Shown here: positions 39,147-50,200 of the stretch, piece after piece
Position numbering within the stretch: position 1 is the stretch's first letter
How the letters are laid out: each line of letters opens with the position of its first letter
DNA from: an uncultured virus (IMG/VR IMGVR_UViG_3300002219_000864)
Lineage: Duplodnaviria > Heunggongvirae > Uroviricota > Caudoviricetes
Strand: one strand, 5' to 3'
IMG/VR virus record: IMGVR_UViG_3300002219_000864
Location: 1-64,000 of that record
DNA length: 64,000 nucleotides
Position numbers and translations under genes: made by a program
The notes under the pieces: model-generated
What the model saw: only the letters and a program-made list of their open reading frames with translations
What the model was told of the DNA's origin: nothing
Databases searched by the model: none

Positions 39147-39704
39147 AATGGCAGAAAAGCATAAATAAAATATTTTTGTGTGGTTACGACGATATCAGAA
39201 CAGATAAGGCTTCATGCAGATCAAAACTACACTTTTACAAGACGCTTTTACTGAAAGATAAAATTTTTACAACACGCCGTACAATATAAAATACTTATAG
39301 TTTACAAACCGATTTATGTAAAAGATATACGTAGCCTCAATGAGGTATGATAATAGATCATTCTTTTCTCCGGGAGGCATATACACCATTGTTGAAAATA
39401 AGGGTGGGTTGATTGTAACTGGCATGGGTCCCGTACACATATTTTATGCTCTTAAAAAAACTCTGGTGGCTTGCAAAGTCTTCCTAAGCTGTTGTTTTAT
39501 GTTATATTTTTTCAATATATAATAGTATTACAAATGACATTTAATAATTCACTAAGTGGTGATTCACTGCTGCTCGGCTGATTGTCTTAAAAGGCATCTG
39601 TTCAACTTCGGTTTTTTAACCATAATATCGACATGTTAGTATTGATAGTTTGCCTCTCTTGTGTTATTCGTATCGTATGATGAAAAGGAACTTCCTATCA
39701 ATTT

Positions 39705-42566
39705 ATGTATAGTAATGTCCTTGCCCCCGGTGCCCGGGTTCTGATCCGGGATGCAGAATGGCTCGTCCGGAAGGTGGATCGCACCGATACGGGCCGACAG
39801 GCTATCTCTGTCATCGGTCTTTCCCAGATCGTCAAAGATCGGGAGGCCATTTTTCTGGAAGAGATCGATCAGATCGAGCTTCTCAATCCTGCCGACACGG
39901 ACCTCGTCGCCGATACCTCCAGCTTCTACCGGGATTCCATCCTTTTCATGGAAAGTCTCCTGCGTCAAACCCCGCCAACGGATGAGAATCTCTACATCGG
40001 CTATCAGGGCGCTATGGACGTAGTGCCCTATCAGCTCGATCCTGCCATACAGGCCCTGCAGCAACCTCGGCAGCGCATCCTGATGGCCGACGCTGTCGGT
40101 CTCGGCAAGACCATCGAGGCGGGCATTCTTCTGTCAGAACTCATTCGCCGGGGCAAGGGCAAACGCATTCTAGTTCTGACGGTAAAAAGCATGCTCACAC
40201 AGTTTCAGAAGGAACTCTGGAGCCGCTTTACTATCCCGCTGACGCGCCTAGATTCCGTGGGCATTCAGCGGGTTCGCTCCTGCATCCCCACGAATCACAA
40301 TCCCTTCTATTATTTTGACCGGGCCATCATCTCCATCGACACCCTCAAACAAGACGCCGAATATCGGACGTATCTGGAGAAATGCTACTGGGATATCATC
40401 GTCATTGACGAGGCCCATAATGTCGCCGCCCGTGGAACAGACTCCGCCTCCCTTTCCATGCGTTACCGTCTGGCCAACCTCCTCAAACACCGCTCAGATA
40501 CCCTGATTATGCTCTCCGCTACACCACATGATGGCAAACCAAGGGCCTTCGCTAGCCTGATGAACATGCTTAATCCAACGGCCATTGCTAATCAGGAAGA
40601 ATATGGCCCCGAAGATATCAAGGGCCTCTTCATTCGCCGCTTCAAAAAGGATATCAAGGATCAGGTAGCAAAATCATTCATGGAGAGGAAGATTTCCGTG
40701 GCCAAGTGCCAGGCTTCACCGGAAGAAGAAACCGCCTTCGAAGTTTTTACTCGGATGAATTTTATCCGTCTGGACCAGCGGCGCACGGCTGGTAAGCTCT
40801 TCAAGACCACCCTGGAAAAGTCACTTTTTTCCAGTCCTGCGGCCTGCCTGCAGACGATTCAACACCGGATCGACCGGCTTCAAAAAGAAGAGAGCGAAGA
40901 GCCAACAAAAGACATACAATCCCTCGAAGAACTGGCCAACACCCTCCAGCAAATCACTTCTAACAATTTCAGCAAGCACCAGAAACTCCTATCCGTCATC
41001 CAGGATCCGCTTTACGGTTTTGGCTGGACGGGCAAAGATACTCAGGATCGCCTGGTCATCTTTACTGAACGGATCGAGACACTGATATTTCTGAACGAAC
41101 ATTTACCGAAAGATCTAGGACTCAAAGAAGACCAAATCACCATCCTTCACGGCGGTCTGCCCGATGTGGACCAGACGAAGATCGTGGAAGACTTTGGTCG
41201 TGAAGAGGCACCCGTCCGCCTGCTGTTGGCCTCCGATGTGGCTTCCGAGGGGATCAACCTTCATTTTCTCTGTCACAAGATGATCCACTTCGATATTCCC
41301 TGGTCCTTCATGTGTTTCCAGCAGCGTAACGGCCGGATTGACCGCTACGGGCAGGAGCGCGAGCCCCGGATCGTATATCTGATGACGGAAAGCGTCAGCG
41401 AAAAAATCAAGGGAGACAACCGGATACTGGAATTGCTGATCACGAAAGACGAACAGGCCGTGAAGAACATCGGCGACCCATCGGCCTTGATGGGCGTGTA
41501 TGATATGGAGGAAGAGGAAAACATCACCGCTGCTGCCATTGAAGGTAGCGCAGACGTCGATGATTTCGAAAAGCTGCTTGCGAAAGCGCCCAAAGATCCC
41601 TTGGGACTCCTCATGGGCGACGAAGCCATTCCCATGGGTGAAGACACAGCCAAGGCCGAGCGACGCATGCCCTCCCTCTTTTCAAGCGATTATGCATTTT
41701 TCCGGGAAGCTATCGCGTATCTCAAGGGGTCTCAGCCCCTCCAGGCGGAATTCGACGACGACGCCCGGACGGTCAACTTCGCCGTCCCTCTGGAGATGAA
41801 ACGGGAACTGGAACATAGGTTTCGCTTTCTCCCCCGGGAGATCTGGCCGGAAAGCGGCGAGTTCACCCTTTCCGGCGACCGTGACCTGATTATGGCGGAG
41901 ATCAGTAGAACCCGCAAAGAGGATGACACCTGGCCAAAGCTCCAGCTTCTCTGGGATCTCCACCCCCTGATGCGGTGGCTGACAGATAAACTCCTCGCCA
42001 TCTTTGGCCGTCAGCAGGCGTCAGTCCTGACCCTTTCCGGTAAATTAAAGACAGGGGAAACCATTTTCATCCTCTACGGGATCATCCCCAACCGGAAAAG
42101 CCAGCCCCTGATTGCCTCCTGGATGGGGGTGCGTTTTCTGGCCGGGCAATTCGACGGGATAATAGACTTTCAGGATATCCTAGCGCAGACAGGACTGGAC
42201 CGTAACAAAATACCGAATCAGAACAAACCATTTGACAAAGAAACCCTGAAAAGGATGCTTTCCGTCGCCATTGCCAAAAGTAAAGAACGGATGCATGAAC
42301 ACCGTCAAGCTTCTGAAGCGGCCATCAATGTGAAACTGAATGCACAACTCAAGGAACTGGACCGTCTGAAGCAGAAGCAATACTGCCAATTGGAATTTGA
42401 CTTTGGTGATGCAGCGCCAGCTTCCCGCATACTTGACAAGAAACAACAAAAACAACGGGAAATAGACCGTATCTTCGACGAATACTGGAGCTGGATCGAA
42501 AACTCCCTGCTCACGGAAGACATCCCCTATATCCGGGTAGTCGCCGTCCTGAAGGGAGACGACTAA
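39705..42566 (+). CDS. SNF2-family helicase (DrmD-like) of a DISARM-related defence operon
   Basis: ADAVGLGKT, DEAH, LSATPHDG, SEGINL, QRNGRIDRYGQ; 953 aa; coupled to the MTase (TAATG). Confidence 0.9.
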   Translation: MYSNVLAPGARVLIRDAEWLVRKVDRTDTGRQAISVIGLSQIVKDREAIFLEEIDQIELLNPADTDLVADTSSFYRDSILFMESLLRQTPPTDENLYIGYQGAMDVVPYQLDPAIQALQQPRQRILMADAVGLGKTIEAGILLSELIRRGKGKRILVLTVKSMLTQFQKELWSRFTIPLTRLDSVGIQRVRSCIPTNHNPFYYFDRAIISIDTLKQDAEYRTYLEKCYWDIIVIDEAHNVAARGTDSASLSMRYRLANLLKHRSDTLIMLSATPHDGKPRAFASLMNMLNPTAIANQEEYGPEDIKGLFIRRFKKDIKDQVAKSFMERKISVAKCQASPEEETAFEVFTRMNFIRLDQRRTAGKLFKTTLEKSLFSSPAACLQTIQHRIDRLQKEESEEPTKDIQSLEELANTLQQITSNNFSKHQKLLSVIQDPLYGFGWTGKDTQDRLVIFTERIETLIFLNEHLPKDLGLKEDQITILHGGLPDVDQTKIVEDFGREEAPVRLLLASDVASEGINLHFLCHKMIHFDIPWSFMCFQQRNGRIDRYGQEREPRIVYLMTESVSEKIKGDNRILELLITKDEQAVKNIGDPSALMGVYDMEEEENITAAAIEGSADVDDFEKLLAKAPKDPLGLLMGDEAIPMGEDTAKAERRMPSLFSSDYAFFREAIAYLKGSQPLQAEFDDDARTVNFAVPLEMKRELEHRFRFLPREIWPESGEFTLSGDRDLIMAEISRTRKEDDTWPKLQLLWDLHPLMRWLTDKLLAIFGRQQASVLTLSGKLKTGETIFILYGIIPNRKSQPLIASWMGVRFLAGQFDGIIDFQDILAQTGLDRNKIPNQNKPFDKETLKRMLSVAIAKSKERMHEHRQASEAAINVKLNAQLKELDRLKQKQYCQLEFDFGDAAPASRILDKKQQKQREIDRIFDEYWSWIENSLLTEDIPYIRVVAVLKGDD

Positions 42567-45500
42567 TGTCGCTTGATCTGACCGGCATCAGCAACGAAAA
42601 CGAATTCTATACCCATCACTACCTGACTGCCATTCTGGAAAACGATCTGAATGGCCTCTTCGGCCAGTGGGAGGAACAGGAAGCACAATCAGGCATTAAG
42701 CCTCCATACGAACTCCTAGCCCGCCTGCACAGGGATTATTTTGCCTTGCGCAACCGGATGGAACGTCTCCGCAAACCGGAAGAAATCCTGGCAGCTCAGC
42801 GGGAATTTCTCCCTGAACTTCTCACCACCCTAGGTTATGATTTCGCTCCTGATCTAAAGGAACTCGATTCCGGGGCCGTGATTCCCATCATCGTTGATGT
42901 TCGTAAGAAAAACGGGGCGCCGGACCTCTGGATTATGGAGACAATCAGCCCGGTTACGGAAAATACAGATCCCCTCGAAAGCTCATTTCTGTCAGCCCAG
43001 TATGGAACCATTGAGGCAGACAGCATGTTTATTGATATTTCACTGACGGAGATCATCACGAAACTGATCTTTACCCTGGCAGAGCCACCCCGCTGGATTA
43101 TCCTCCTGAGTTTATCCCACATAATCCTTCTGGATCGGAGCAAATGGAACGAGCGGCGCTTCCTACGCTTCGACCTGGCGGAAATTCTCAGTCGCCGCGT
43201 ACCGGCCACCCTGCGAGCCATGTCAGCCCTCCTGCACCGCGAGAGTATATGTCCGGAATACGGAATAAGCCTCTTAGACACCCTGGATGAGAGTTCCCAC
43301 AAGCACGCCTTCGCCGTTTCAGAGGATCTGAAATACTCAGCCAGGGAGGCTGTGGAGATCCTGGGAAACGAGGCCCTCTACTATATCCGCAATGTCCGCA
43401 AAGAGGGCATTTATGGCAAGGACATGGCAGAGCAGCTCACCCGTGAATGTCTCCGCTATCTCTATCGGCTCCTATTCCTCTTCTATATCGAGGCCCGTCC
43501 TGAGTTAGGTTATGCCCCCATGAACAGCGAGGAATACCGCACTGGCTATAGTCTGGAAGACCTTAGAAACCTGGAATTGCAGCCCTTGACGGAAGAACCC
43601 TCACAGAACGGTTTTTTTATCCACGACTCCCTCCAGATGCTTTTTCGTCTCATCTTCGAGGGGTTCAATTATGAGCAAAAACCGAGTGCCCTTGCTTTCG
43701 AGGAACAGCACCCAGTCTTTCGCCTCTTTCCTTTGAACAGCCACCTCTTCGACCTTGCCCGGACGGCACTGCTCAATGGCGTGAAATTTCGGAATGTCGT
43801 CCTCCAGAAAGTCATCGATCTTCTCTCCCTCTCCCGCGGTGGAAGCGGCAACAAACGACGCGGCCGGATCAGCTACGCCCAGCTTGGCATCAACCAGCTT
43901 GGGGCTGTCTATGAGGGACTCCTCTCCTACACCGGCTTTTTTGCCGAAACGGACCTATATGAAGTCAAAAAGGCAGGGACAGATGTCAACGAACTGGAAC
44001 CCGCCTTTTTTGTCGGTGCCGAGGACTTCCAGCAATATGAGGAATCCGAGAGGGTGTACAATAACAACGGCACCTTGAAAATCTACTCCCGTGGAACTTT
44101 TATCTACCGTCTGGCCGGTCGGAACCGTGAAAAGACGGCGTCTTACTATACTCCAGAGGTTCTAACCCGCTGCCTTATCAAATACGCACTGAAGGAGCTT
44201 CTGAAAGACAAACAAGCCGAGGATATTTTGAAACTGACTGTTTGTGAGCTTGCCATGGGAAGCGCTGCCTTCCTCAACGAGGCCATCAACCAGTTGGCCG
44301 AGGCCTATCTGGACAGAAAGCAAAAAGAAACGGGTAAAACCATCGCCCATGATGCATACGGAAAGGAAAAGCAGAAGGTGAAGGCTTTCATTGCCGACAA
44401 CAATGTTTTTGGCGTGGACTTAAACCCGGTGGCGGTGGAACTGGCAGAGGTCTCTCTTTGGCTCAATGCCATGTACGTGCAGGATGACGGTGCTCCGCCT
44501 GTCATTCCCTGGTTCGGGAACCAGCTTGTCTGCGGCAACTCCCTCGTCGGCGCGAGGCGCCAGGTCTTCGACGCCGAACTCCTCGCAGAAAACCGCAAGG
44601 GCAAAGAGACTTGGCTGGATGTCGTCCCTGAACGGGTCCCAGTTGGACAACCTCGACAGCCAAAAACGGTTTATCATTTCCTTCTTCCCGACGAAGGCAT
44701 GGCCAAATACACGGATAAGGTTGTTCGGGGAATGGCAAAAAAAGAAACAGAGAAGATGAAGCAATGGCGAAAAGATTTCATCAGGCCATTTAATAATGGA
44801 GAGATCGACACCTTACTCAGACTCTCCAATGCTGTGGACAATCTCTGGAAGCGGCACACGGCCCAATCAGCCAGGATCCGTTTTCAGACCCGTTCCGCAT
44901 ACCAATTTTTCGGCTATGACGATACAAATGTCTACAAACAGCCCCTGACAACCAAAGAAAAAGACGAACTTTACAACCGGGAACTCCTGTCGCAAAACGC
45001 TCCTAATTCCAGCCCCTTTCGGCGGCTCAAACTTGTCATGGACTACTGGTGCGCCCTGTGGTTCTGGCCTATCCAGGAGGCGGACATGCTCCCTTCCAGG
45101 GACGAATTTTTCTTGGATCTAAGCCTGATTCTTGAGGGGACAGTCTATGAAGCATTTCCGGTTGCGGGCGAACAGATGTCTCTGATCCCCGATAATCGCC
45201 CCAGGCAGCAGGAGCTGGATTTCACAAATGAATTCGGTCATGTGAATGTGGACGCCCTTTGCGACAGTATCGAGCGGTTGTCCGTCGTCCGTAACCTGGT
45301 AGCCAAGCACCACTTTCATCACTGGGAACTGGTCTTCGCCGACATCTTCGCCGACCGTGGCGGTTTTGATCTCAATGTCGGTAATCCACCGTGGATCAAG
45401 ATTGAATGGAACGAAGGTGGTCTTTTAGGCGATTACGATCCATTGTTCGTCATCCGGAATATGTCGGCTTCTCAAATGGCCGTCATAAGGGAGGAAACGA

Positions 45501-47275
45501 TTGCCAAACGGAGGATCCGCGATGAATATTTCGGCGAATATGTGTCCTTTGAAGGGACCCAGAGCTTCCTGAACGCCTATCAGAATTACCCGATCCTGAA
45601 GGGTATTCAGTCGAACCTCTATAAGTGCTTCCTTCCCCATGCATGGCATATCGGGTCAGAGCAGGGTGTATCAGGTTTTCTTCACCCGGAAGGGGTTTAC
45701 GATGACCCAAATGGGGGAAGGTTAAGGGAGGCAATCTATCCACGCCTCAAATATCATTTCCAGTTCGAGAATGAGTTTTCACTATTTGTGGGTACCAATG
45801 ATCATGGTCGCATGCGTTTTGGCCTCCATATTTACCAAAACAGTCCCAATTCTGACATCAGCTTTACTCACATAAGCAATCTTTTCAATCCGAGAACCGT
45901 TGATTCTTGTTTTAACCATGCTGGTGAAGGATTGGTTGGCGGGATCAAGAATGATGAAAATGATTGGAACACACAGGGGCATCTTCATCGTCTCATTCTT
46001 GTTGATTATTCAACCTTGGACCTTTTTTCTCGACTTTACGACGACATGGGTACTCCGGCTACCCAAGCCCAACTCCCCGTTATCCATTCCCGACAGGTTA
46101 TAGAGGTGCTTCGGAAATTAGCCGTCCATCCGAGGCGCTTAGCCGATCTTGAAGGTGAGTATTTCTCGACAGAAATGTGGCATGAAACAAACGCCGAGAA
46201 GGACGGCACAATCAAACGATCAACCCGGTTCGCAGAAAAGCCGGAAAACTGGATCCTCTCAGGACCCCATTTTTACGTGGGTAACCCATTTAATAAAACA
46301 CCACGTAGAAGCTGCACTGCAAATAGTCATTACGATCCTCTTGATTTAACAGGTCTTTCCGATGATTACCTTCCTCGGACTAATTACATCCTTGCCTGTG
46401 ATACAAAAGTATATTTGAAAAGGACTCCGAAGGTCACATGGGATGAGAATAATCCTGTTACGGAATACTATCGTCTTGTTTTTCGAGGAATGATAGGGCC
46501 AATGGCTGAACGGACCTTGATCGGTGCAATAATACCGCCGAATGCCGCGCACATCAACGGTGCACAAACGACCGCCTTCAAAGGCTCCACTAACCTGCTG
46601 AAAAGCGCTTTCATAGCAATGGCGCTGGTCAGTGACTTCTACATCAAGTCCACCGGTCGAAGCAATCTTCACTACATTTGGGAAAACCTCCCGCTTATCG
46701 ATATTTCACCCGTCGGTATCGGACGAATCCTCCAGCTCAACTGCCTCACCACCCACTACGCCGAACTTTGGGAGGAATGCTGGGACGAGTCCTTCCGGCA
46801 GGAACGCTGGACCAAGGATGATCCACGTCTGGTCAACGGCAAATTCGCCAACTTGACCCCGAAATGGCAGCGCAACTGCGCACTCAGGACGGATTACGAG
46901 CGGCGTCAGGCCTTTGTGGAAATCGACGTCCTGGCGGCGATGGCCCTGGGCCTTACCCTCGATGAGCTCTGCACGATCTACCGGATTCAGTTTCCTGTCC
47001 TGCGTCAGAACGAAAACGACACCTGGTACGACCAAAACGGACGCATCGTCTTCACGTGCAGCAAGGGCCTTCCCGGCGTAGGATTCTCCCGCCCGGAATG
47101 GAACGACATTAAGGATATGAAATCAGGGGCCGTCTCCCGGACGATTATGGACGACACCCTCCCCGGTGGCCCCCGGGAGCGCACCATCACCTACGCCGCT
47201 CCCTTCGACCGCTGCGACCGTGAAACTGACTACACCACCGCGTGGGCAGTTTTTGAGCAGAGAGGGGTCAGATAA
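42566..47275 (+). CDS. Large N6-adenine DNA methyltransferase (DrmMI/type IIG-like)
   Basis: SYYTPEVL, CELAMGSAAFL (motif I), GVDLNP, GNPPW (motif IV); 1569 aa. Confidence 0.9.
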   Translation: MSLDLTGISNENEFYTHHYLTAILENDLNGLFGQWEEQEAQSGIKPPYELLARLHRDYFALRNRMERLRKPEEILAAQREFLPELLTTLGYDFAPDLKELDSGAVIPIIVDVRKKNGAPDLWIMETISPVTENTDPLESSFLSAQYGTIEADSMFIDISLTEIITKLIFTLAEPPRWIILLSLSHIILLDRSKWNERRFLRFDLAEILSRRVPATLRAMSALLHRESICPEYGISLLDTLDESSHKHAFAVSEDLKYSAREAVEILGNEALYYIRNVRKEGIYGKDMAEQLTRECLRYLYRLLFLFYIEARPELGYAPMNSEEYRTGYSLEDLRNLELQPLTEEPSQNGFFIHDSLQMLFRLIFEGFNYEQKPSALAFEEQHPVFRLFPLNSHLFDLARTALLNGVKFRNVVLQKVIDLLSLSRGGSGNKRRGRISYAQLGINQLGAVYEGLLSYTGFFAETDLYEVKKAGTDVNELEPAFFVGAEDFQQYEESERVYNNNGTLKIYSRGTFIYRLAGRNREKTASYYTPEVLTRCLIKYALKELLKDKQAEDILKLTVCELAMGSAAFLNEAINQLAEAYLDRKQKETGKTIAHDAYGKEKQKVKAFIADNNVFGVDLNPVAVELAEVSLWLNAMYVQDDGAPPVIPWFGNQLVCGNSLVGARRQVFDAELLAENRKGKETWLDVVPERVPVGQPRQPKTVYHFLLPDEGMAKYTDKVVRGMAKKETEKMKQWRKDFIRPFNNGEIDTLLRLSNAVDNLWKRHTAQSARIRFQTRSAYQFFGYDDTNVYKQPLTTKEKDELYNRELLSQNAPNSSPFRRLKLVMDYWCALWFWPIQEADMLPSRDEFFLDLSLILEGTVYEAFPVAGEQMSLIPDNRPRQQELDFTNEFGHVNVDALCDSIERLSVVRNLVAKHHFHHWELVFADIFADRGGFDLNVGNPPWIKIEWNEGGLLGDYDPLFVIRNMSASQMAVIREETIAKRRIRDEYFGEYVSFEGTQSFLNAYQNYPILKGIQSNLYKCFLPHAWHIGSEQGVSGFLHPEGVYDDPNGGRLREAIYPRLKYHFQFENEFSLFVGTNDHGRMRFGLHIYQNSPNSDISFTHISNLFNPRTVDSCFNHAGEGLVGGIKNDENDWNTQGHLHRLILVDYSTLDLFSRLYDDMGTPATQAQLPVIHSRQVIEVLRKLAVHPRRLADLEGEYFSTEMWHETNAEKDGTIKRSTRFAEKPENWILSGPHFYVGNPFNKTPRRSCTANSHYDPLDLTGLSDDYLPRTNYILACDTKVYLKRTPKVTWDENNPVTEYYRLVFRGMIGPMAERTLIGAIIPPNAAHINGAQTTAFKGSTNLLKSAFIAMALVSDFYIKSTGRSNLHYIWENLPLIDISPVGIGRILQLNCLTTHYAELWEECWDESFRQERWTKDDPRLVNGKFANLTPKWQRNCALRTDYERRQAFVEIDVLAAMALGLTLDELCTIYRIQFPVLRQNENDTWYDQNGRIVFTCSKGLPGVGFSRPEWNDIKDMKSGAVSRTIMDDTLPGGPRERTITYAAPFDRCDRETDYTTAWAVFEQRGVR
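47181..47257 (+). repeat. Direct repeat copy 1 (3' end of the MTase gene)
   Basis: 66/77 nt identical to 52879-52955 by manual alignment; 35/36 in the core gctcccttcgaccgctgcgaccgNgaaactgactac. Confidence 0.9.
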
Positions 47276-50200
47276 TGAACCAGCGGGATTTTCAAAACGA
47301 GATTATACGGAAGACGACAGGGGAGATAAGAACCTTTCTGTCCCAGTTAGCTTATGAAACATCAGGATACAAGAGTTTGCACAATCTCACCGAGCAGGTC
47401 GAGCATCAATATCACGGACGTTTTCTGATCGAGCTTATTCAAAATGCCCATGATGCCATGAATGAACACAATGAACCCGGCGATCATGGTCGGCTGGATA
47501 TCCTCGTTGACCGTGATGAAACACCTTATGGAGCACTATATGTTGCCAATGACGGTTCGCCTTTCACAAGATCGAACTTCGAACACCTTTCACAATTGGG
47601 GCAGAGCGATAAAGATCCCGAAAAATCGATTGGCAATAAAGGTATCGGGTTCCGTAGTGTTCTGGAAATATCTAATGCACCGGAGATTTATTCGCGTAGT
47701 ACTAAAAATAGCGTGCAATTTGACGGCTACTGCTTTTATTTTAGCCCAAGCGTCACAAAAATGTTTGAAAAACCAATCCTTGACCTTATCAAAGGCGACG
47801 ACAAACCATGCTCGCCGATCGATAGTACAGTGCCGCTTATTGAATGGGGTCGTGAACAGTTAACAAACTTCCGGAATCTCTATTGCTCTAGGGACGATCA
47901 TTGGCTAACTAAGGAGCTGAAATACCTTTCCCCGTACCTTCTTCCGATTCCAATCCAGCCATCAAATAAAACAAAAGCGATCAAAGCTTTTGAAGACAAA
48001 GGCTTCGCGTCCGTTATCCGACTTCCTTTTAAAAGTGATGCCGCATGTGCCCTTGCAATGAAGATGACTGAGGCGCTCGACGAGAACACCATCCTGTTTC
48101 TTGATCGGGTCAAGTTCCTCTCTTTGAACTCCGGAATAAAACTACGACTCATTGAAAGAAAACCTCAAGCCCTGAACGATCCAAATAACGGCCACGAAAT
48201 TAAGTTGGAAGTGGTCGAAGATGGAGAAGAGGGATATACCAAGAAAAAGTACTGGCTGTGGTCGATTACACTCGGCGAGGAAAACAATCTGGAGGAAAGA
48301 GAAGAGATAAAAAAGGCCATACTTGAAGACGAACTTCCCGGCCGTTGGCCTGAATTGTCAAAGGCGACGGTCTCTATCGCCATAAGGATAGATAAAGAAG
48401 CGGAAGAGGGCCGGATTAATATCTATCTTCCTACGCAGCTGCCAACAGGATGTGCTGCTCATTTCAATGGGCCATTCTACGGGGATATGAGCCGTACGGC
48501 TATTGATTTTGAAAAACGTTTTAACAAGCTTTTATTGCGTAGAATTGGAAGCAAGGCGATCGAAATTATCTTAGAAAGCCTCGCCGGTAAAGGCGTGGAC
48601 GATGCAAGAGCAATTTTGGATATTTTATCGCCTTCACCATATGAGACACATGCGGGTAGTGAGTGGTTTAATATTGTTAAGGAAGCCTGCAAAGAAAAGA
48701 AAATCAATCTTTCTGAACAGCCAATTATGCTGACCGATGAAGGCTGGAAAGCTATCGGTTACGCAAAACTTATCCCGGGAATTCATTCACCGAATGTTCT
48801 AACTCCCGATAAAATACGTGACTGTGCCGCTTTTGATGTGGTCCATAAAGATTTGATGAGCAGACAGAGAGAAATCACATCTCTTTTTGAGGCAATTGGT
48901 ATAAGACTTTTTCCGCTTGATGAAGATCTGGCAGCAACTGTGGAAAATATCGCTGGAGAACAACTTAAAGCAGGGGAAGATGCCAATTGGAATGGGTTCT
49001 GGCATGATCTCATTAAACTTTTCAAAAACAACGCTGAGCCGCTAAAAGAAAAGAAAATTCTTTTAGGAAGTGACGGGGAACTCCATTCATGCGATCAAAG
49101 TTGCACGATCTTTTTTCCACCCAGGCAAGGTTTAGATGATGACGAGATACAGATTGAAGGAGATTCAGGCGATATTCCTCAAACCCTTAGGGCTCATATT
49201 GCATTTCTGAATGAAAAAATAGAGATTTATAATCCGAAAGATGCGAGACAACAAACAGTCATTCGTAAATTTGTGGAATTATCACTGGTGCAGCGCTATC
49301 GTGTCATGGAGATCATCAAATCTGTTTTAATCCCCAAAATCCCATCACTACCAGTGCCATTGCGTGGTGACCAAAGTAGAATTTGTCAGGATATTCTTCT
49401 ATGGGCATTAAAACTGGTAGCAGGCATGCCTGATAGAGGTAAGGGTCGAAGTGGAACATTGCAACTATTGCGACAGATCCCGGTACCTTGTTATGGCGGA
49501 TGGTATCCCATTGAACTGAGCTTATTCGGTCCAAGTTGGCAGCGTACGGCGGGAACGGATGTATTTGACTATCTGAATGGAGCGAATACTAGAGAATGTC
49601 AGGAACATTTAAAAAAGATGCTTTTACCGCCTATCGATAAGTTATGGGATGGAAAAGGTGAAATGTATCAAGATCTTTTGGAATCGGCCGGTGTAATTGA
49701 TGGACTGAGACTTGTATCAATAGAACCAAAAGACTGGGACGCGGGGACAATGGCATATAAGTCTTCGTACCAACTTCCAGATATATCGCCACCTTGCATG
49801 CCTGATGATTTATGGAAAAAATATACAGAAGTTTACTCTCCAAAGGTTCGAGACCAAATGTATTATTCAGGTTATTTTTCTTATGAGGTTCAATCATTGT
49901 CTATGGTTCCGGGCCTTGAGCGATACGCTATTTTCGATGAAAAGACTCGCATAGCATTAATGAATTCACTTTTTGCCGGTATGCATCGATGGAAAGAATC
50001 GTGGCTTACTTCTGATATCAAGAAAGTTGATGGTCTAGAACAACATATTAAGGTAGAATCGCCACTGGCATATTGTCTCAAGTCGTTGCCTTGGATTGAA
50101 ATTGAATCGGATGGGAATAAGGAATGGGCGATTCCTTCGCAACGCTGGTATATTCCAAAAAAACATTTGTTGGTAGGCAGAAGCTGGCGGTATGGCCATT

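Noticed and set aside
39340..39522. 60-aa ORF in the AT-rich divergent intergenic region
   Set aside because: No SD or motifs; likely spurious within regulatory DNA.
968..39704. attL/attR direct repeats bounding the phage module
   Set aside because: Only an 8-bp match (GTTGATTG near 971 and 39408) was seen by eye, which is expected by chance; no tRNA or integrase is nearby.
44240..44275. Inactive MTase because motif I reads CELAMGS rather than CEPAMGS
   Set aside because: A single substitution with the glycine loop and NPPW intact is not enough to infer inactivity.
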